This document shows, piece by piece, positions 10,590 through 21,352 of a stretch of 64,000 nucleotides of DNA (within the stretch, counting starts at the first letter, position 1; each line of letters opens with the position of its first letter). Both the position numbers and the translations under genes were made by a program. Below the pieces are notes generated by a model, which searched no databases, was not told the DNA's origin, and saw nothing but the letters and a program-made list of their open reading frames with translations. Source of the DNA: Candidatus Dojkabacteria bacterium (GTDB taxonomy: Bacteria > Patescibacteriota > Dojkabacteria > B142 > OLB20); contig DAOMOX010000002.1 in NCBI GenBank assembly GCA_035444565.1, positions 105,335 through 169,334 on the forward strand, read 5' to 3'.

Positions 10590-11216
10590 TTATTCCAGTA
10601 TAGGCTTGGCAACGACTATCAGCCTTTTTTCTGCCGATAATCCACTGCATGTATAAAGTGTAAGTACGTTTTCTTTCGTGGGAGCTTCCACCGAGATATC
10701 TTCAGGATTAGTTTCATATACCTTCTCTATCTTATATTTATATTCTTTTTCTCTCCAAAAGACAATAACTTCTTCACCCACTGTTAGTTTGTTAAGGTGG
10801 TAAAAGGTATTTTTGCCTTGACCAAAATACCTATGCCCAACAACTACTGTATTTCCATTTTTTTCAGGAGTAGAAGTTAATGGTCTTCTCCACGATTGTC
10901 CTTGGTTGAGAATGTCTATTGTCTCTCCTTCTAATATTTCTGCATCAACATTTATTGCTGGTATAACAACTCTATTCTCTTTCGGTATTGGCTTTAACTT
11001 TTCTTCGTCAACCCCTGCCTCTTGTGCGGATGTACTATTATAAACAAAACCTTGCGTTTCATCTTGTTTTTGATTCAGGATCAACTCTAATTCAGGAATA
11101 AAAGGAGAAACCATTATATAGATGGATAGACAAAACAAGATTATTGACAAGACCTTGTTGATTCTTGGTAGGTTTTTGTTAGTTTTTGAAGATTTTTTTA
11201 ACGAAAATTTTTTCAT
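10590..11216 (-). CDS. sortase
   Basis: N-terminal TM segment, GNTVVVGHR, LTLYTC and downstream Arg (His-Cys-Arg triad). Confidence 0.9.
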   Translation of the reverse strand: MKKFSLKKSSKTNKNLPRINKVLSIILFCLSIYIMVSPFIPELELILNQKQDETQGFVYNSTSAQEAGVDEEKLKPIPKENRVVIPAINVDAEILEGETIDILNQGQSWRRPLTSTPEKNGNTVVVGHRYFGQGKNTFYHLNKLTVGEEVIVFWREKEYKYKIEKVYETNPEDISVEAPTKENVLTLYTCSGLSAEKRLIVVAKPILE

Positions 11217-11318
11217 ATTCGCTATTATAACATTTATTAATTTGGAGGAATTAATCAATAATATTTCTTGCAGTGATTTTTTTTCTGACGCATAATGTTA
11301 GTTCACAAAGGTAATTAT

Positions 11319-13331
11319 ATGTCAGAAGATACTAAACAAAAACTATTCCATGTGCTCGATAATCTATATTATTCATGGGATTATCACTCTACCCTTCCTG
11401 TCATTGATGAGTTTGAAGAAGGTTGGAGAAGACACCCTTCCCCCAAAAGCCATTTAGAGGATTTCGGATCTCATAAACTTGAAGAATTAGTAGAAAATAG
11501 TTCATCAAGTATCAACGACAGTTCAACAAGACTCCATAATTATTTAACACGTAATACCTGGTTCGATAAATTTGTAAATGAAAACCCTAAGTTTGAAGTA
11601 TTAAAAACAAACCCAATTGCTTATTTCTGCATGGAGTTTGGACTTATTGACTGGCTACAAATATATTCAGGAGGTCTCGGAGTATTAGCTGGAGACTATT
11701 TGAAGGAAGTCAGCGATCTAGGGATTCCTGTTGTTGGAATTGGGATTTTCTATAACCAAGGATATTTCCACCAAAGATTTTCGTCAGATGGAAGACAACT
11801 CGATGAATATCTTACACAAGATCCTTTAGATTTCCCTCTTACACTAGTGAAAGATAAACTTGGAAGCACTTTGAAGGTCCAAATTGATATCAAGGATCAC
11901 GTTGTCTATGCACAAGCCTGGGAATTAAAGATTGGTAAAGTTTCTCTTTACCTACTTGACACAAATATTGACGAAAATAGACTCGAAGAAGATAAAATGA
12001 TAAGCGCACACCTTTACGGTGGTGATAATGACACTCGAATTCGTCAGGAAATTTTACTAGGAATTGGAGGAGCAAGACTCCTAAGACAGCTTGAAATTGA
12101 CCCATCAATATTCCATATGAATGAGGGACACTCTGGCTTCCTGGTTCTTGAAATTGCCAAACAGCTTATGCAGGAGAAGAATATTGACTTTTTGACTGCA
12201 ATGAGAGAAGTCGATGCTGAACTAGTTTTTACAAACCATACTCTAAAACCTGCTGGGAATGATAATTTCCCGTATGAATTAGTCGCAAGTTACCTTTATG
12301 CATATTGCGATGACCTAGACACTAACCTGGAGGCGATATTCGAACTAGGCAGAGATGACGATTATTCGTCTGGAAATTTTTCGATGACTATGCTTGGATT
12401 TAGACATGCAAAAGTGTCTACGGCTGTGAGTAAATTACACGGAGAAGCAGCATCTAGAATATGGCCTAAATATCCTCTGTTGCCAGTTACGAATGGCACA
12501 CATGTCCCAACATGGTTAAATCCTGAATTAAACAAACTATTAGAAAATCATCTTGGTTTTGATTGGGCACTGAACCCTCTCGAAGTTGATCTAAATAAAA
12601 TTTACAATATCCCTCAAAAAGATTTATGGGACGTGCATATTCGTAGAAAACATAAACTGATTAATACATTAAATCGTGAACTATCATTAAATCTAAACCC
12701 TGAAGCACTTACAATTGCATGGTCAAGAAGACTAGCATCATATAAACGTCCTGATTTAATAATCTCGGATATCGAGAGAATGAAGCGAATAGTAAACAAT
12801 TCAGAACGACCTGTTCAAATATTAATCGCAGGTAAAGCACACCCCAGAGATATCTCAGCTGTGGATTTATTACAGGAAATTAACCAAGAACTCAGTTCTG
12901 CCATAAATTCAGAACTTTCACAAAAAGTTGTTGTTATACCTGATTACAACTGGAAGCTTGCAAAAGCGATGGTGTCTGGATCAGATGTTTGGTTAAATAC
13001 TCCATTCCGATTTGAAGAGGCATCAGGAACTAGTGGTATGAAAGCTTGCTTAAATGGAGTCTTGCAATTAACCACATTAGATGGCTGGACAGACGAAGTC
13101 GAGTGGACTGACAAAGGCTTTGTTGTCGACCACAACGACCCTGTCACATCCTTACATGACAACCTTGAATTTATTGTTGCCCCACTTTTCTTTGATAGAA
13201 ACCACGATGGGTATAATGAAAAATGGGTTAAAATGATGATTGAGAGTATAGTATTAGCTGTCAAAAACTTCTCCTCTACCAGAATGGTGAAAGACTACCT
13301 CGATCAAGTGTACTCACAAATCCTCACATAA
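11319..13331 (+). CDS. glgP: alpha-glucan (glycogen) phosphorylase
   Basis: YFCMEFGL, YSGGLGVLAGD, HMNEGH, FTNHT, RRLASYKR, GKAHP, EASGTSGMK. Confidence 0.93.
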   Translation: MSEDTKQKLFHVLDNLYYSWDYHSTLPVIDEFEEGWRRHPSPKSHLEDFGSHKLEELVENSSSSINDSSTRLHNYLTRNTWFDKFVNENPKFEVLKTNPIAYFCMEFGLIDWLQIYSGGLGVLAGDYLKEVSDLGIPVVGIGIFYNQGYFHQRFSSDGRQLDEYLTQDPLDFPLTLVKDKLGSTLKVQIDIKDHVVYAQAWELKIGKVSLYLLDTNIDENRLEEDKMISAHLYGGDNDTRIRQEILLGIGGARLLRQLEIDPSIFHMNEGHSGFLVLEIAKQLMQEKNIDFLTAMREVDAELVFTNHTLKPAGNDNFPYELVASYLYAYCDDLDTNLEAIFELGRDDDYSSGNFSMTMLGFRHAKVSTAVSKLHGEAASRIWPKYPLLPVTNGTHVPTWLNPELNKLLENHLGFDWALNPLEVDLNKIYNIPQKDLWDVHIRRKHKLINTLNRELSLNLNPEALTIAWSRRLASYKRPDLIISDIERMKRIVNNSERPVQILIAGKAHPRDISAVDLLQEINQELSSAINSELSQKVVVIPDYNWKLAKAMVSGSDVWLNTPFRFEEASGTSGMKACLNGVLQLTTLDGWTDEVEWTDKGFVVDHNDPVTSLHDNLEFIVAPLFFDRNHDGYNEKWVKMMIESIVLAVKNFSSTRMVKDYLDQVYSQILT

Positions 13332-13358
13332 AAGCATTGAATCTGATAAAATACATTC

Positions 13359-14021
13359 ATGAATGTAAGGATTCACCCCAGCTGGAAAAAACTACTCAAA
13401 AACGAGTTTGAGAAAGAATATTTTCTTAATTTAGCCGATTTTGTTAAGAACGAATATACTTCAAATATAATTTACCCTCCTGGACCTCTGATTTTTAATG
13501 CATTTAATCAAACTCCACTTGATCTAGTAAAGGTAGTTATCTTGGGTCAAGACCCTTATCATGGTCAAGGTCAAGCACATGGTCTTGCCTTCTCTGTCCA
13601 AGATGGTGTACCACTCCCTCCTTCACTTAAAAACATCTTTAAAGAACTCAAATCCGACTTAGGAATTGAATTACCATCAAGTGGCAATCTTACCAGATGG
13701 GCAGAACAAGGAGTGTTTTTATTAAATAGTGTGTTAACTGTACGAAAAGCTACTCCTGGAAGTCATGCAAAAAAAGGCTGGGAGACATTTACCGACTCAG
13801 TTATCAAAGTCCTTTCTGAGAATAAAGAGCATCTGGTTTTTCTTCTTTGGGGAAACTATGCAATTTCGAAAGAAAGCTTGATTGATAAAAATAAACATCT
13901 AATTCTTAAAGCTCCCCATCCATCACCATTTTCTGCTGACAGGGGATTTTTTGGTTGTAAGCATTTTAGTAAGACTAACGTTTACTTAAATAAGAACAAT
14001 ATTTCAACTATTAATTGGTAG
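13359..14021 (+). CDS. ung: uracil-DNA glycosylase
   Basis: GQDPYH, GLAFSV, PPSLKNI, HPSPFS motifs. Confidence 0.97.
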   Translation: MNVRIHPSWKKLLKNEFEKEYFLNLADFVKNEYTSNIIYPPGPLIFNAFNQTPLDLVKVVILGQDPYHGQGQAHGLAFSVQDGVPLPPSLKNIFKELKSDLGIELPSSGNLTRWAEQGVFLLNSVLTVRKATPGSHAKKGWETFTDSVIKVLSENKEHLVFLLWGNYAISKESLIDKNKHLILKAPHPSPFSADRGFFGCKHFSKTNVYLNKNNISTINW

Positions 14022-14099
14022 ATTATCTTAGAGGCACCTTACTATCAAAAAATCACTACAATAGGAAAAATCGGATTTGGCTCACTTTTATATGAGACC

Positions 14100-14498
14100 G
14101 TGATTAATTTCGTATTAGGAATCGATGAAGGACCTAATTTTGTAGAAAATAATAATACCCTCGAAAATATTCGGACAGCCCATACATTCGTTTATTCACC
14201 TGAAGGTAATGCATTCTGGTATGGAGAAATCTTTTACCCTCATGCTTGTATCGAGATCCCTTATGGAGTAATCAATAAGAAATTATTTATTGGTTATGAA
14301 TTAGAATTAAAGGACACTTCCGGAAGTGTTGTAATATTTGTTAAACCTGTAGATTTATATAATGACGTTGGTTTATCGGATGTTGTTTTATCAAATGATG
14401 AGATTAATAATCTATATAGAATAGGAAAACTCCCATTAGACAGTAACTGTAACTTAGTTCTACCGACTCCTGCAGAGCATATTACTACTCTCAATTAA
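14100..14498 (+). CDS. hypothetical protein
   Basis: 132-aa ORF with GTG start; no motif recognised. Confidence 0.4.
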   Translation: MINFVLGIDEGPNFVENNNTLENIRTAHTFVYSPEGNAFWYGEIFYPHACIEIPYGVINKKLFIGYELELKDTSGSVVIFVKPVDLYNDVGLSDVVLSNDEINNLYRIGKLPLDSNCNLVLPTPAEHITTLN

Positions 14499-14528
14499 CG
14501 GTGGAATAGCCCAACAAAGGTTTTATAA

Positions 14529-15215
14529 CTAGAATTCCGAAGTGATCACATCAAGTTCATTAAAATAGAAATTGTTGTTATTGCTTAACATTTCATATGA
14601 TTCAAAAAAATCGTGAAATGGTTTCTTTATGAAAGTTTTAATATCTGTAGTTTTGATCCATTCATATTCACCCTCTTCATTGGGATTTAATTCACCTTCG
14701 GGATCATCAAATCGGACATAAAACATAAATTTATCCTCAAGTAGTTTCTTTTCTTCAGAATAAACCTTGAAATGCCTAAGCCCTTTTACTTCAGGTTCTC
14801 CTTTTAAACCGGCTTCTTCATATAATTCCCTTTTTGCAGTTTCTAATACAGTCTCCCCATAATTAATTTTTCCCGAGAAGAATCCCTGATAATTATAAAA
14901 AGGATGTTTTTTTCTAGTATAAATCAATACTTTAGTACCTTCATCTTTGAAACAACAACATAGAACTGATAATTTAGCTTGTTTTACTTTAAGTTGACTA
15001 TCAGTATCCATAGTATTAGCAAACTCTTTGCCCTTAAGGGTTAATTTGTATATGGTGCCATTCTTTTCAATTAACTTTAGTCCTATTAGCTTCTGTAAAT
15101 GAAAATTATGTTGGTTTGTTTCAATATTTTCTCCAATTAATTGAGAAAATGTAGAACCTTCTGAAAAAAGTAATTTCTTAAGAATCTGCATTTGTAGATA
15201 ATGTAGTTGATCCAT
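14529..15215 (-). CDS. winged-HTH + NUDIX hydrolase
   Basis: N-terminal HTH-like segment (NFHLQKLIGLKLI); Nudix box GKINYGETVLETAKRELYEEAGL. Confidence 0.85.
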   Translation of the reverse strand: MDQLHYLQMQILKKLLFSEGSTFSQLIGENIETNQHNFHLQKLIGLKLIEKNGTIYKLTLKGKEFANTMDTDSQLKVKQAKLSVLCCCFKDEGTKVLIYTRKKHPFYNYQGFFSGKINYGETVLETAKRELYEEAGLKGEPEVKGLRHFKVYSEEKKLLEDKFMFYVRFDDPEGELNPNEEGEYEWIKTTDIKTFIKKPFHDFFESYEMLSNNNNFYFNELDVITSEF

Positions 15216-15325
15216 ATTTAATTAATAATAATATCCGATCATAATGCTTGGATAATGCGTTTACAAGTCAAATTGATTTGACTTGTAGGTATTTACGTTA
15301 TGAACCATCGAGTAAAAAATATGCC

Positions 15326-15595
15326 TTATTCTATATTCTCCACCTGCATAATATTAAAACCATGTTTTGCAACATCTTCATCACTCCAATACGGCAAATC
15401 TTTAGTTTTCAAAACAAATGCCACCTTCATTTCTAATTTTCTCCCTGTGAAATCTTTCAATTCTGGGTCCCATTCTTCGAAGACGATCGTATCGCCTTCC
15501 TTGACTTCGAAGTCTGCTAATCTGACATCAAATCTCTTTCTTCCATCTTTCAACATTTGAAAATAATCTGGCCATGTTTTTTTACGGTGTGTCAT
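15326..15595 (-). CDS. DUF3850/ASCH (PUA-like) domain protein
   Basis: KTWPDYFQMLKDGRKRFDVR..GDTIVFEEWD. Confidence 0.8.
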   Translation of the reverse strand: MTHRKKTWPDYFQMLKDGRKRFDVRLADFEVKEGDTIVFEEWDPELKDFTGRKLEMKVAFVLKTKDLPYWSDEDVAKHGFNIMQVENIE

Positions 15596-15611
15596 AGATT
15601 AAAAGTAAAAG

Positions 15612-16325
15612 TTAATTCTTCCCATTCATCGCTCTCCCAAACCTCCTCACAATAAATGCAATACTTAATAAAGTTGTAAAGAGTGCGATATAGATTATTA
15701 CCATATAGAGAGGATTGCGCTCGAATAGTCCCATAACAATTAATATCGCGGGAAATATCTGAAAAGGCATGCTAATAGCTGATGAAATCAGATACGATCT
15801 AAATGAAATCTTCGAAAAACCCGCTATATAAGCCAGATAATCCATCGAAGAAAAGGCTAGGAATCTATACATTATTAAATGATGTGGTTTTAATCTGTGG
15901 TCATACCCATCAATTTTATTTATTAATTTGGGGAATCTCTTAATTAATCTCTCCCTACCATAATGTCTGGCGATATAGAAACTCATCGATGTAGCTGTCA
16001 AATAACTCGCATAAATTGCTACAAACGTCTTCAATGGACCAAAGACGACTGTTCCTACATAAATAAGGAAATTATCTGGAAATGGAGTTAGTGAGAATAA
16101 AACTTGGAGAAAATACAACATAACTATACCTGCTTTTTCGATAGGTTCGACTAACGGCTCAATGATAGTTCGATCTATGTCGTACTTTATGAAAAGACCT
16201 AGAATGATGAAATAGATAAATGCGCCGATAGAAATCAAAACAACACGTTTTCTAACGTAAGGTGAAGCTGAATACTTCTTATAGTAGTACAGAAAATCAG
16301 AAATTAATGGAATATTTTTGGACAT
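15612..16325 (-). CDS. TVP38/VTT (DedA-like) membrane protein
   Basis: Multiple TM segments, TPFP, FYIARHYG, YIAGFSKISF pattern. Confidence 0.75.
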   Translation of the reverse strand: MSKNIPLISDFLYYYKKYSASPYVRKRVVLISIGAFIYFIILGLFIKYDIDRTIIEPLVEPIEKAGIVMLYFLQVLFSLTPFPDNFLIYVGTVVFGPLKTFVAIYASYLTATSMSFYIARHYGRERLIKRFPKLINKIDGYDHRLKPHHLIMYRFLAFSSMDYLAYIAGFSKISFRSYLISSAISMPFQIFPAILIVMGLFERNPLYMVIIYIALFTTLLSIAFIVRRFGRAMNGKN

Positions 16326-16376
16326 CCAGAATTAATAACTGTTACATATTAACATTTATGTAAATCTGGTCGAGAG

Positions 16377-17573
16377 TTAATGTTGATGATGTAGTTCGGT
16401 TTCATCCTCAAATTTAATTTTATACTTAGTGACGACATAACAAGCAAGAGCAGTGGTAATAGGAACTGCGATTATAAGCCCTATGCTTCCTACAAGCATA
16501 CGGACAATCTCAGTAGCCACTAGCTCATAACTAAGGAGTTCCTCGAATGGTCGTGGATTGTTCATAAATAGCAGTAGAAGAGGCATAGATGCACCTGTAT
16601 ATACCAAAACCAAAGTATTCACCATTGATGAAATATGGTCTTTGCCAACCTTGATAGATCTCGAAAACAGTTCACTAAAAGTTATCTTTTTTTTCAAATC
16701 GTAGTGTTGGAAAACAATAGAAGTCTGCGAAACGGTAACATCATCCATCACACCCATAGTTCCTATGATTATACCTGCCAGCAGTAAGTCCCTAAGGTTA
16801 TAAATGGTACCCCCAATATTTTGCAGGAACAAAGCCTCTTCCGAAGCACCACCTGTGAGATTGACTAAATTTACAAAATAAACTGCAAGTAAGCCTGTAA
16901 TAACAAGTGATATGAAAGTGCCAACGATGGAGATAGTTGTTTTAAGTTGAAACCCGTGTGAAAGATAGAAAGTAATGGGAATTATGACAATTGAGGACAA
17001 TATCGCAACTAACACAGGGTCTTTTCCTGCCTGTATCTGAGGTAGTACAAATATAAAAATAATAGCGAAAGATATAATCAAAGAAAGAATCGATAATGCA
17101 CCTCTTTTAAAGCCAATTAACAAAGTCAGCAACACAAATCCTAAAAACAAAACTGCCAATCCATTCGAACGATCAAAATCAGTTATGAAAAATAAAGCTT
17201 TTCCATTCTGATCTCGTGTATAACTCAAGTATACAGTATCCCCTACTTCATAGATAATTTCCTGCAATGATGCAGTACTTCCATTCTCTACCTCAACTTT
17301 CTCACCTTTGAAATCACCATTTGTGATGGTTATTAATAACCTTTGATACATTTGTTCCCCATCTATGTATTCTACTAACTCCTCTTCGAGGATTTCTGTT
17401 ACCGTTCCTTTGAAATATTCCGTTTCTGGGATTTCAGGTTCTGGTTGGATTGTAAAATCTTTCATTGTTGTTTCATCTTCTAGTGAGGGATCTTGTGCGT
17501 ACGAGATACTTTTATTAGTAAAACCTAAGAAAAGTAGTGTAACTAATATTGTTAATAGGAATAGTTTTTTCAA
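16377..17573 (-). CDS. YibE/F family membrane protein
   Basis: Signal-like N-terminus, GTMGVMDDVTVSQ, DHISSMVNTLVLVYTG, EIVRMLVGSIGL. Confidence 0.85.
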   Translation of the reverse strand: MKKLFLLTILVTLLFLGFTNKSISYAQDPSLEDETTMKDFTIQPEPEIPETEYFKGTVTEILEEELVEYIDGEQMYQRLLITITNGDFKGEKVEVENGSTASLQEIIYEVGDTVYLSYTRDQNGKALFFITDFDRSNGLAVLFLGFVLLTLLIGFKRGALSILSLIISFAIIFIFVLPQIQAGKDPVLVAILSSIVIIPITFYLSHGFQLKTTISIVGTFISLVITGLLAVYFVNLVNLTGGASEEALFLQNIGGTIYNLRDLLLAGIIIGTMGVMDDVTVSQTSIVFQHYDLKKKITFSELFSRSIKVGKDHISSMVNTLVLVYTGASMPLLLLFMNNPRPFEELLSYELVATEIVRMLVGSIGLIIAVPITTALACYVVTKYKIKFEDETELHHQH

Positions 17574-17644
17574 ATTTAACTCAGTTATCGAAAAAATAAA
17601 TTCATTGAAACAGATTTTACTAAATTTTCAGCAATGACGTTAGA

Positions 17645-17688
17645 GAGAGATCCCCCTCCCGTCATATTTTCAGACGGGATCGAGGGAA
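17645..17688. repeat. REP-like palindrome (single arm)
   Basis: gagagatccccctcccgtc-atattttca-gacgggatcgaggga. Confidence 0.7.
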
Positions 17689-17730
17689 ATTGAAGATACT
17701 GAATTCCTCAATCTCTCAATTTCTACATTT

Positions 17731-18429
17731 CTAAATTCCTTCATTAATAAGTGCCAACAACTCTCCCTCATAGCACCTCTTATACTCCGTATGCGAGTTT
17801 TCAGTCCTTACAATCCTCATCTGAGGAATCAATCTCCTGATCTTCTCCACTGACGCAGGTCTTACAAATTCATCATCTCTTCCATGGATATATGTCAATT
17901 TTCCTTTATAACTTAACTCATCAGGAACTTTATAATCAATAATTTCCAACCATCTTTTCAATACTATTTTTAATTTGTTGTCTTCTAGGTCTCTTAATAA
18001 TTTGAAATAACCAAGTCTTGCGACAGCTTTTGCCATTAACTTCCTATAAATTCTGGAATATTTCGCTGGAATAGAAACAAATTTTAGTAATAGTTTTTGA
18101 TAATGCTTGAAGTATTCTCCGGTACCTAGAACTATTACATTTTCGACTTTCAAACCCATATTAATTAAGTCCAGGATGATATTCCCACCGTAAGATTCCC
18201 CTATTAACGTGATGGCTTCATCTCTTTTCGAAAGGAACTCGTAAATTTCTTGAGTAATTGTTTTGAGGTTTTCACTTTTCCAAGTATCACTTATTCCGGG
18301 GTATTTCAGGACTATTGATGATTGTTTTAAATTTTTTGAAAAATTATTAAAGTCCGTGGGATCTCCAACTCCTGGGGGCAGAAACACAACCAATTCATTT
18401 GATTTTTTATTATTAAAGATGTAATCCAA
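17731..18429 (-). CDS. alpha/beta hydrolase
   Basis: GESYGG nucleophile elbow, IHGRDD, C-terminal His. Confidence 0.75.
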   Translation of the reverse strand: MDYIFNNKKSNELVVFLPPGVGDPTDFNNFSKNLKQSSIVLKYPGISDTWKSENLKTITQEIYEFLSKRDEAITLIGESYGGNIILDLINMGLKVENVIVLGTGEYFKHYQKLLLKFVSIPAKYSRIYRKLMAKAVARLGYFKLLRDLEDNKLKIVLKRWLEIIDYKVPDELSYKGKLTYIHGRDDEFVRPASVEKIRRLIPQMRIVRTENSHTEYKRCYEGELLALINEGI

Positions 18430-18501
18430 GTTAAAAATAATTAATTATTAAATAATTGACTCAAAGATAATTATTAAATAAGATTGAGTAAATTACTACT
18501 C

Positions 18502-18978
18502 ATGGAGGAAATAAATCAAAACGAAAATAAAACACAATTAAAAACAGAAGAACCTAAAAAAGTTCCTAAGTTTTCCTATTACTTCACCTTAATAGTATTG
18601 TATGGTATCAATCCCATCTTTATTAATTTTTTTCTGACGTTATTCGCCTTTTCTATGGGTTTGAATTTATATTTTGTAGTAATAGCTGCCGTGTTGATTA
18701 TAGTAGCCTACGTCCCAACATCGAAATCTATTATTAGAGAAGATCCTAATATAAAAATATCTAGGATCCTTATTGTCCTAGCCCTAGCAATCTTCGCATC
18801 ATATTCATTTGAAACAATGATTTGTAGTATATCTTGGGACCCCTGCGATAAATCTGAAATGTATACACTAACTAGTCTTTTCCAGAGATACTTTTGGCAT
18901 TTGCTTGTATTTACTATTTTAGTTTTGAGTAAATACAGATATCAGAAAACTCAGATTAAACAACCCCTCGTTAACTAA
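18502..18978 (+). CDS. hypothetical 4-TM membrane protein
   Basis: ORF with four hydrophobic segments. Confidence 0.6.
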   Translation: MEEINQNENKTQLKTEEPKKVPKFSYYFTLIVLYGINPIFINFFLTLFAFSMGLNLYFVVIAAVLIIVAYVPTSKSIIREDPNIKISRILIVLALAIFASYSFETMICSISWDPCDKSEMYTLTSLFQRYFWHLLVFTILVLSKYRYQKTQIKQPLVN

Positions 18979-19565
18979 TCCTCTCGTTCATTCCTATACT
19001 TCCCCAAATACTCACTTAACTCATTTATAAATTTCTTCCTTCTATCTTGTGTTTTCTCATCTAGTTCTGCAGTGAAATTTTCTTTAAACTCTAGTGAATT
19101 CTCCATTTCTAATATTTCTTCAGGGACTACGCAAATATTCATGTTTGATTTTCCATCCCAGTTTTCATTTACTTCAAATCCAAGTCCTGCTAAAGCTTTG
19201 TCCCAGGTGATATCGATATCTAGCCATTTATCAAATCTTTTAACCCTTAGGAAGTTGTGGGGATCCGGAATTTTGCCTTTATTTAGTAATTCGACCAACT
19301 TATCTGAAAGTTTTACAGGCAGGTTGTTGAAGAAATGAATCGCAATCATATCTATCACCTCGAAACCTAAATATTTGTAGATGTCGTTGAGTAAGAAATG
19401 TTTCCCCGAGCATGTTCCCATGTTTGATTTTAGGATATCTTCTGGATTCCTAGAACCAATCGAACCATAAGGTATATCTCTGACATAAAGTGTTACTTTT
19501 CTAAATAAATCAGGGTCTTTAAGATCGAAATTTTCCTCTAAATAGGGTTTGAAATAGTCTTTCAT
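18975..19565 (-). CDS. transglutaminase-like protein
   Basis: VRDIPY, GTCSGKH, HNFL, DITWD (Cys-His-Asp). Confidence 0.7.
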   Translation of the reverse strand: MKDYFKPYLEENFDLKDPDLFRKVTLYVRDIPYGSIGSRNPEDILKSNMGTCSGKHFLLNDIYKYLGFEVIDMIAIHFFNNLPVKLSDKLVELLNKGKIPDPHNFLRVKRFDKWLDIDITWDKALAGLGFEVNENWDGKSNMNICVVPEEILEMENSLEFKENFTAELDEKTQDRRKKFINELSEYLGKYRNERED

Positions 19566-19666
19566 TTTGTTTTATTAAAAGATTATTTTAGCAAAGGTGA
19601 TTATTCTTGTCCTCATAGTCATTTTGTATTTGCATGATATAATTAAGACATATTTATTGGTATTTA

Positions 19667-19903
19667 ATGGGATCGAGACCTGAAGGACCTAAGCAAACGG
19701 AACCTAAATCTCAAAGTTCATTAGATAGGATTACAACAAGACTCGCAGTCTTAGGTGTAGTAATGTATACAGGGAGCCTCATTGGAGAAGCTCTGGCACC
19801 GGAAGGTTGTGAAACTTTTGGCTCACTAATCGGGGCATATACTCCTGCATTTTTAGCTTTCGTTGGATTATTGGGAAATGCTTGGAGGAATAGAAATCAT
19901 TAA
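19667..19903 (+). CDS. small 2-TM hypothetical protein
   Basis: 78 aa; TGATATAAT upstream. Confidence 0.5.
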   Translation: MGSRPEGPKQTEPKSQSSLDRITTRLAVLGVVMYTGSLIGEALAPEGCETFGSLIGAYTPAFLAFVGLLGNAWRNRNH

Positions 19904-19933
19904 CCTTAATCTTAGTTTTTATATGCGCTTGTA

Positions 19934-20161
19934 ATGGATGAAGGAGAAAAATACATAACACCCAAAGACGTATCTTGTGGGGATATAAGAAGAAGAAATA
20001 TCAAGACTTTGCTATTAGCATCCATTCCACCACTCGCTTTTGGAATAGCAGGAGGCATATTTGGTTACCATGTAGAACCCTCAGCTATGGCAGTAATTGT
20101 CGGAGCCTCAGGAGGGACAGCAGCAGGATTGGCAGTTGATTTAGTGGCAACTTCTTTTTAA
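19934..20161 (+). CDS. small 2-TM Gly/Ala-rich hypothetical protein
   Basis: 75 aa; follows previous ORF on the same strand. Confidence 0.5.
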   Translation: MDEGEKYITPKDVSCGDIRRRNIKTLLLASIPPLAFGIAGGIFGYHVEPSAMAVIVGASGGTAAGLAVDLVATSF

Positions 20162-20228
20162 AAATTCATATTGGGTTACTGTTTGCTAAATCCTCAGTTC
20201 CTTAACTTCTACATTTTCCTTCTTGTCC

Positions 20229-20813
20229 CTATCTCACAATCCTCACAAACTCCCCCTCATCAAGCGTTAAAATTGGTTTACTTGGAGATTTTTCTTTCAG
20301 CATGTCAATTTTCAATTCCCTTTTTCTTTCTATATCCCAATGACAGAGTAGATTGATATCAATTAATCCAAGTCCATCATGTACACTTAGTTCATCTTGA
20401 TAGTCAAATGACAGAATGTAGTGTGAACAAACCATAAATGCTCCCATAGAACCACCTGCATACGTTTTTCCTTCGAGTTGTTTCTCTAGATCTGTGAATT
20501 TTTGGTAGTAGGGTTCAATCAACTTTGCATCTCCTCCCACAACATATAAAACATCGAATTGATCGATTTTCGCATTAAAGTCATCTACGTCCTCAACAAC
20601 TTCTACTTCAACATTTTTATCTGAGTTCTCAGTAATTTTCTTTTTGTAACTTTCCTTTTTTACATCCCAAAACTTCTTTTCCACTGCCCATAGACACAGG
20701 AGTAATCTAACATTATCTTTACGTGGAACATCCACCATCTCTTTGAAAAACCTTGAATTACTTTCTATTTTTAGAGATGTGTTACCTCCATGGAGTAGAT
20801 ATTTTGTGTGCAT
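20229..20813 (-). CDS. peptidase S51/class I glutamine amidotransferase-like protein
   Basis: LHGGN, LYVVGGD, GGSMGA, GLGLI..CHW. Confidence 0.75.
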   Translation of the reverse strand: MHTKYLLHGGNTSLKIESNSRFFKEMVDVPRKDNVRLLLCLWAVEKKFWDVKKESYKKKITENSDKNVEVEVVEDVDDFNAKIDQFDVLYVVGGDAKLIEPYYQKFTDLEKQLEGKTYAGGSMGAFMVCSHYILSFDYQDELSVHDGLGLIDINLLCHWDIERKRELKIDMLKEKSPSKPILTLDEGEFVRIVR

Positions 20814-20904
20814 TGGGTTTTGTTTATTTTGTTAATTATATCAAATGATTAATCTATCCTAAACAGGCAATTATTGATATAATACATATATAGTAGTTTT
20901 TAAA

Positions 20905-21162
20905 ATGGATTCTGAATTTACAAGTAAAATTAGCGAACTTGCACCTATAGTAGCAGTACCTTTGGGTCTAGCTTTAGTGTATTTCGGGGGAAGATTAATT
21001 CACAGATTAAGTAATTCTGAAGATCCATTGATGCAAGGAAGAAAGAGATACATTGAATCAGGCGATATTGAAGATTTACACCAGGAAGATGGTATGAGAG
21101 AAGCACTTAAGAAGGGCGAAACTCCGGGTAGTATGTTACGAGATATTGCTAATCGGGAGTAA
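20905..21162 (+). CDS. small 1-TM hypothetical protein
   Basis: 85 aa; TGATATAAT upstream. Confidence 0.5.
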   Translation: MDSEFTSKISELAPIVAVPLGLALVYFGGRLIHRLSNSEDPLMQGRKRYIESGDIEDLHQEDGMREALKKGETPGSMLRDIANRE

Positions 21163-21352
21163 AGTTACTTCTTTAAAATATATAATGTAGAGTGAATTCA
21201 TACATTTTATATTTCCTCAATCTCCCAATTCCATAACTTCTCAATTTCTACATTTTTTAACTCCTTCATTTCCTCCCACTAAACCTGCATTATTTGAGTA
21301 CATCACTAAACATGATATAATTACTATATATACTATCTTGAGGTTTTAAATA

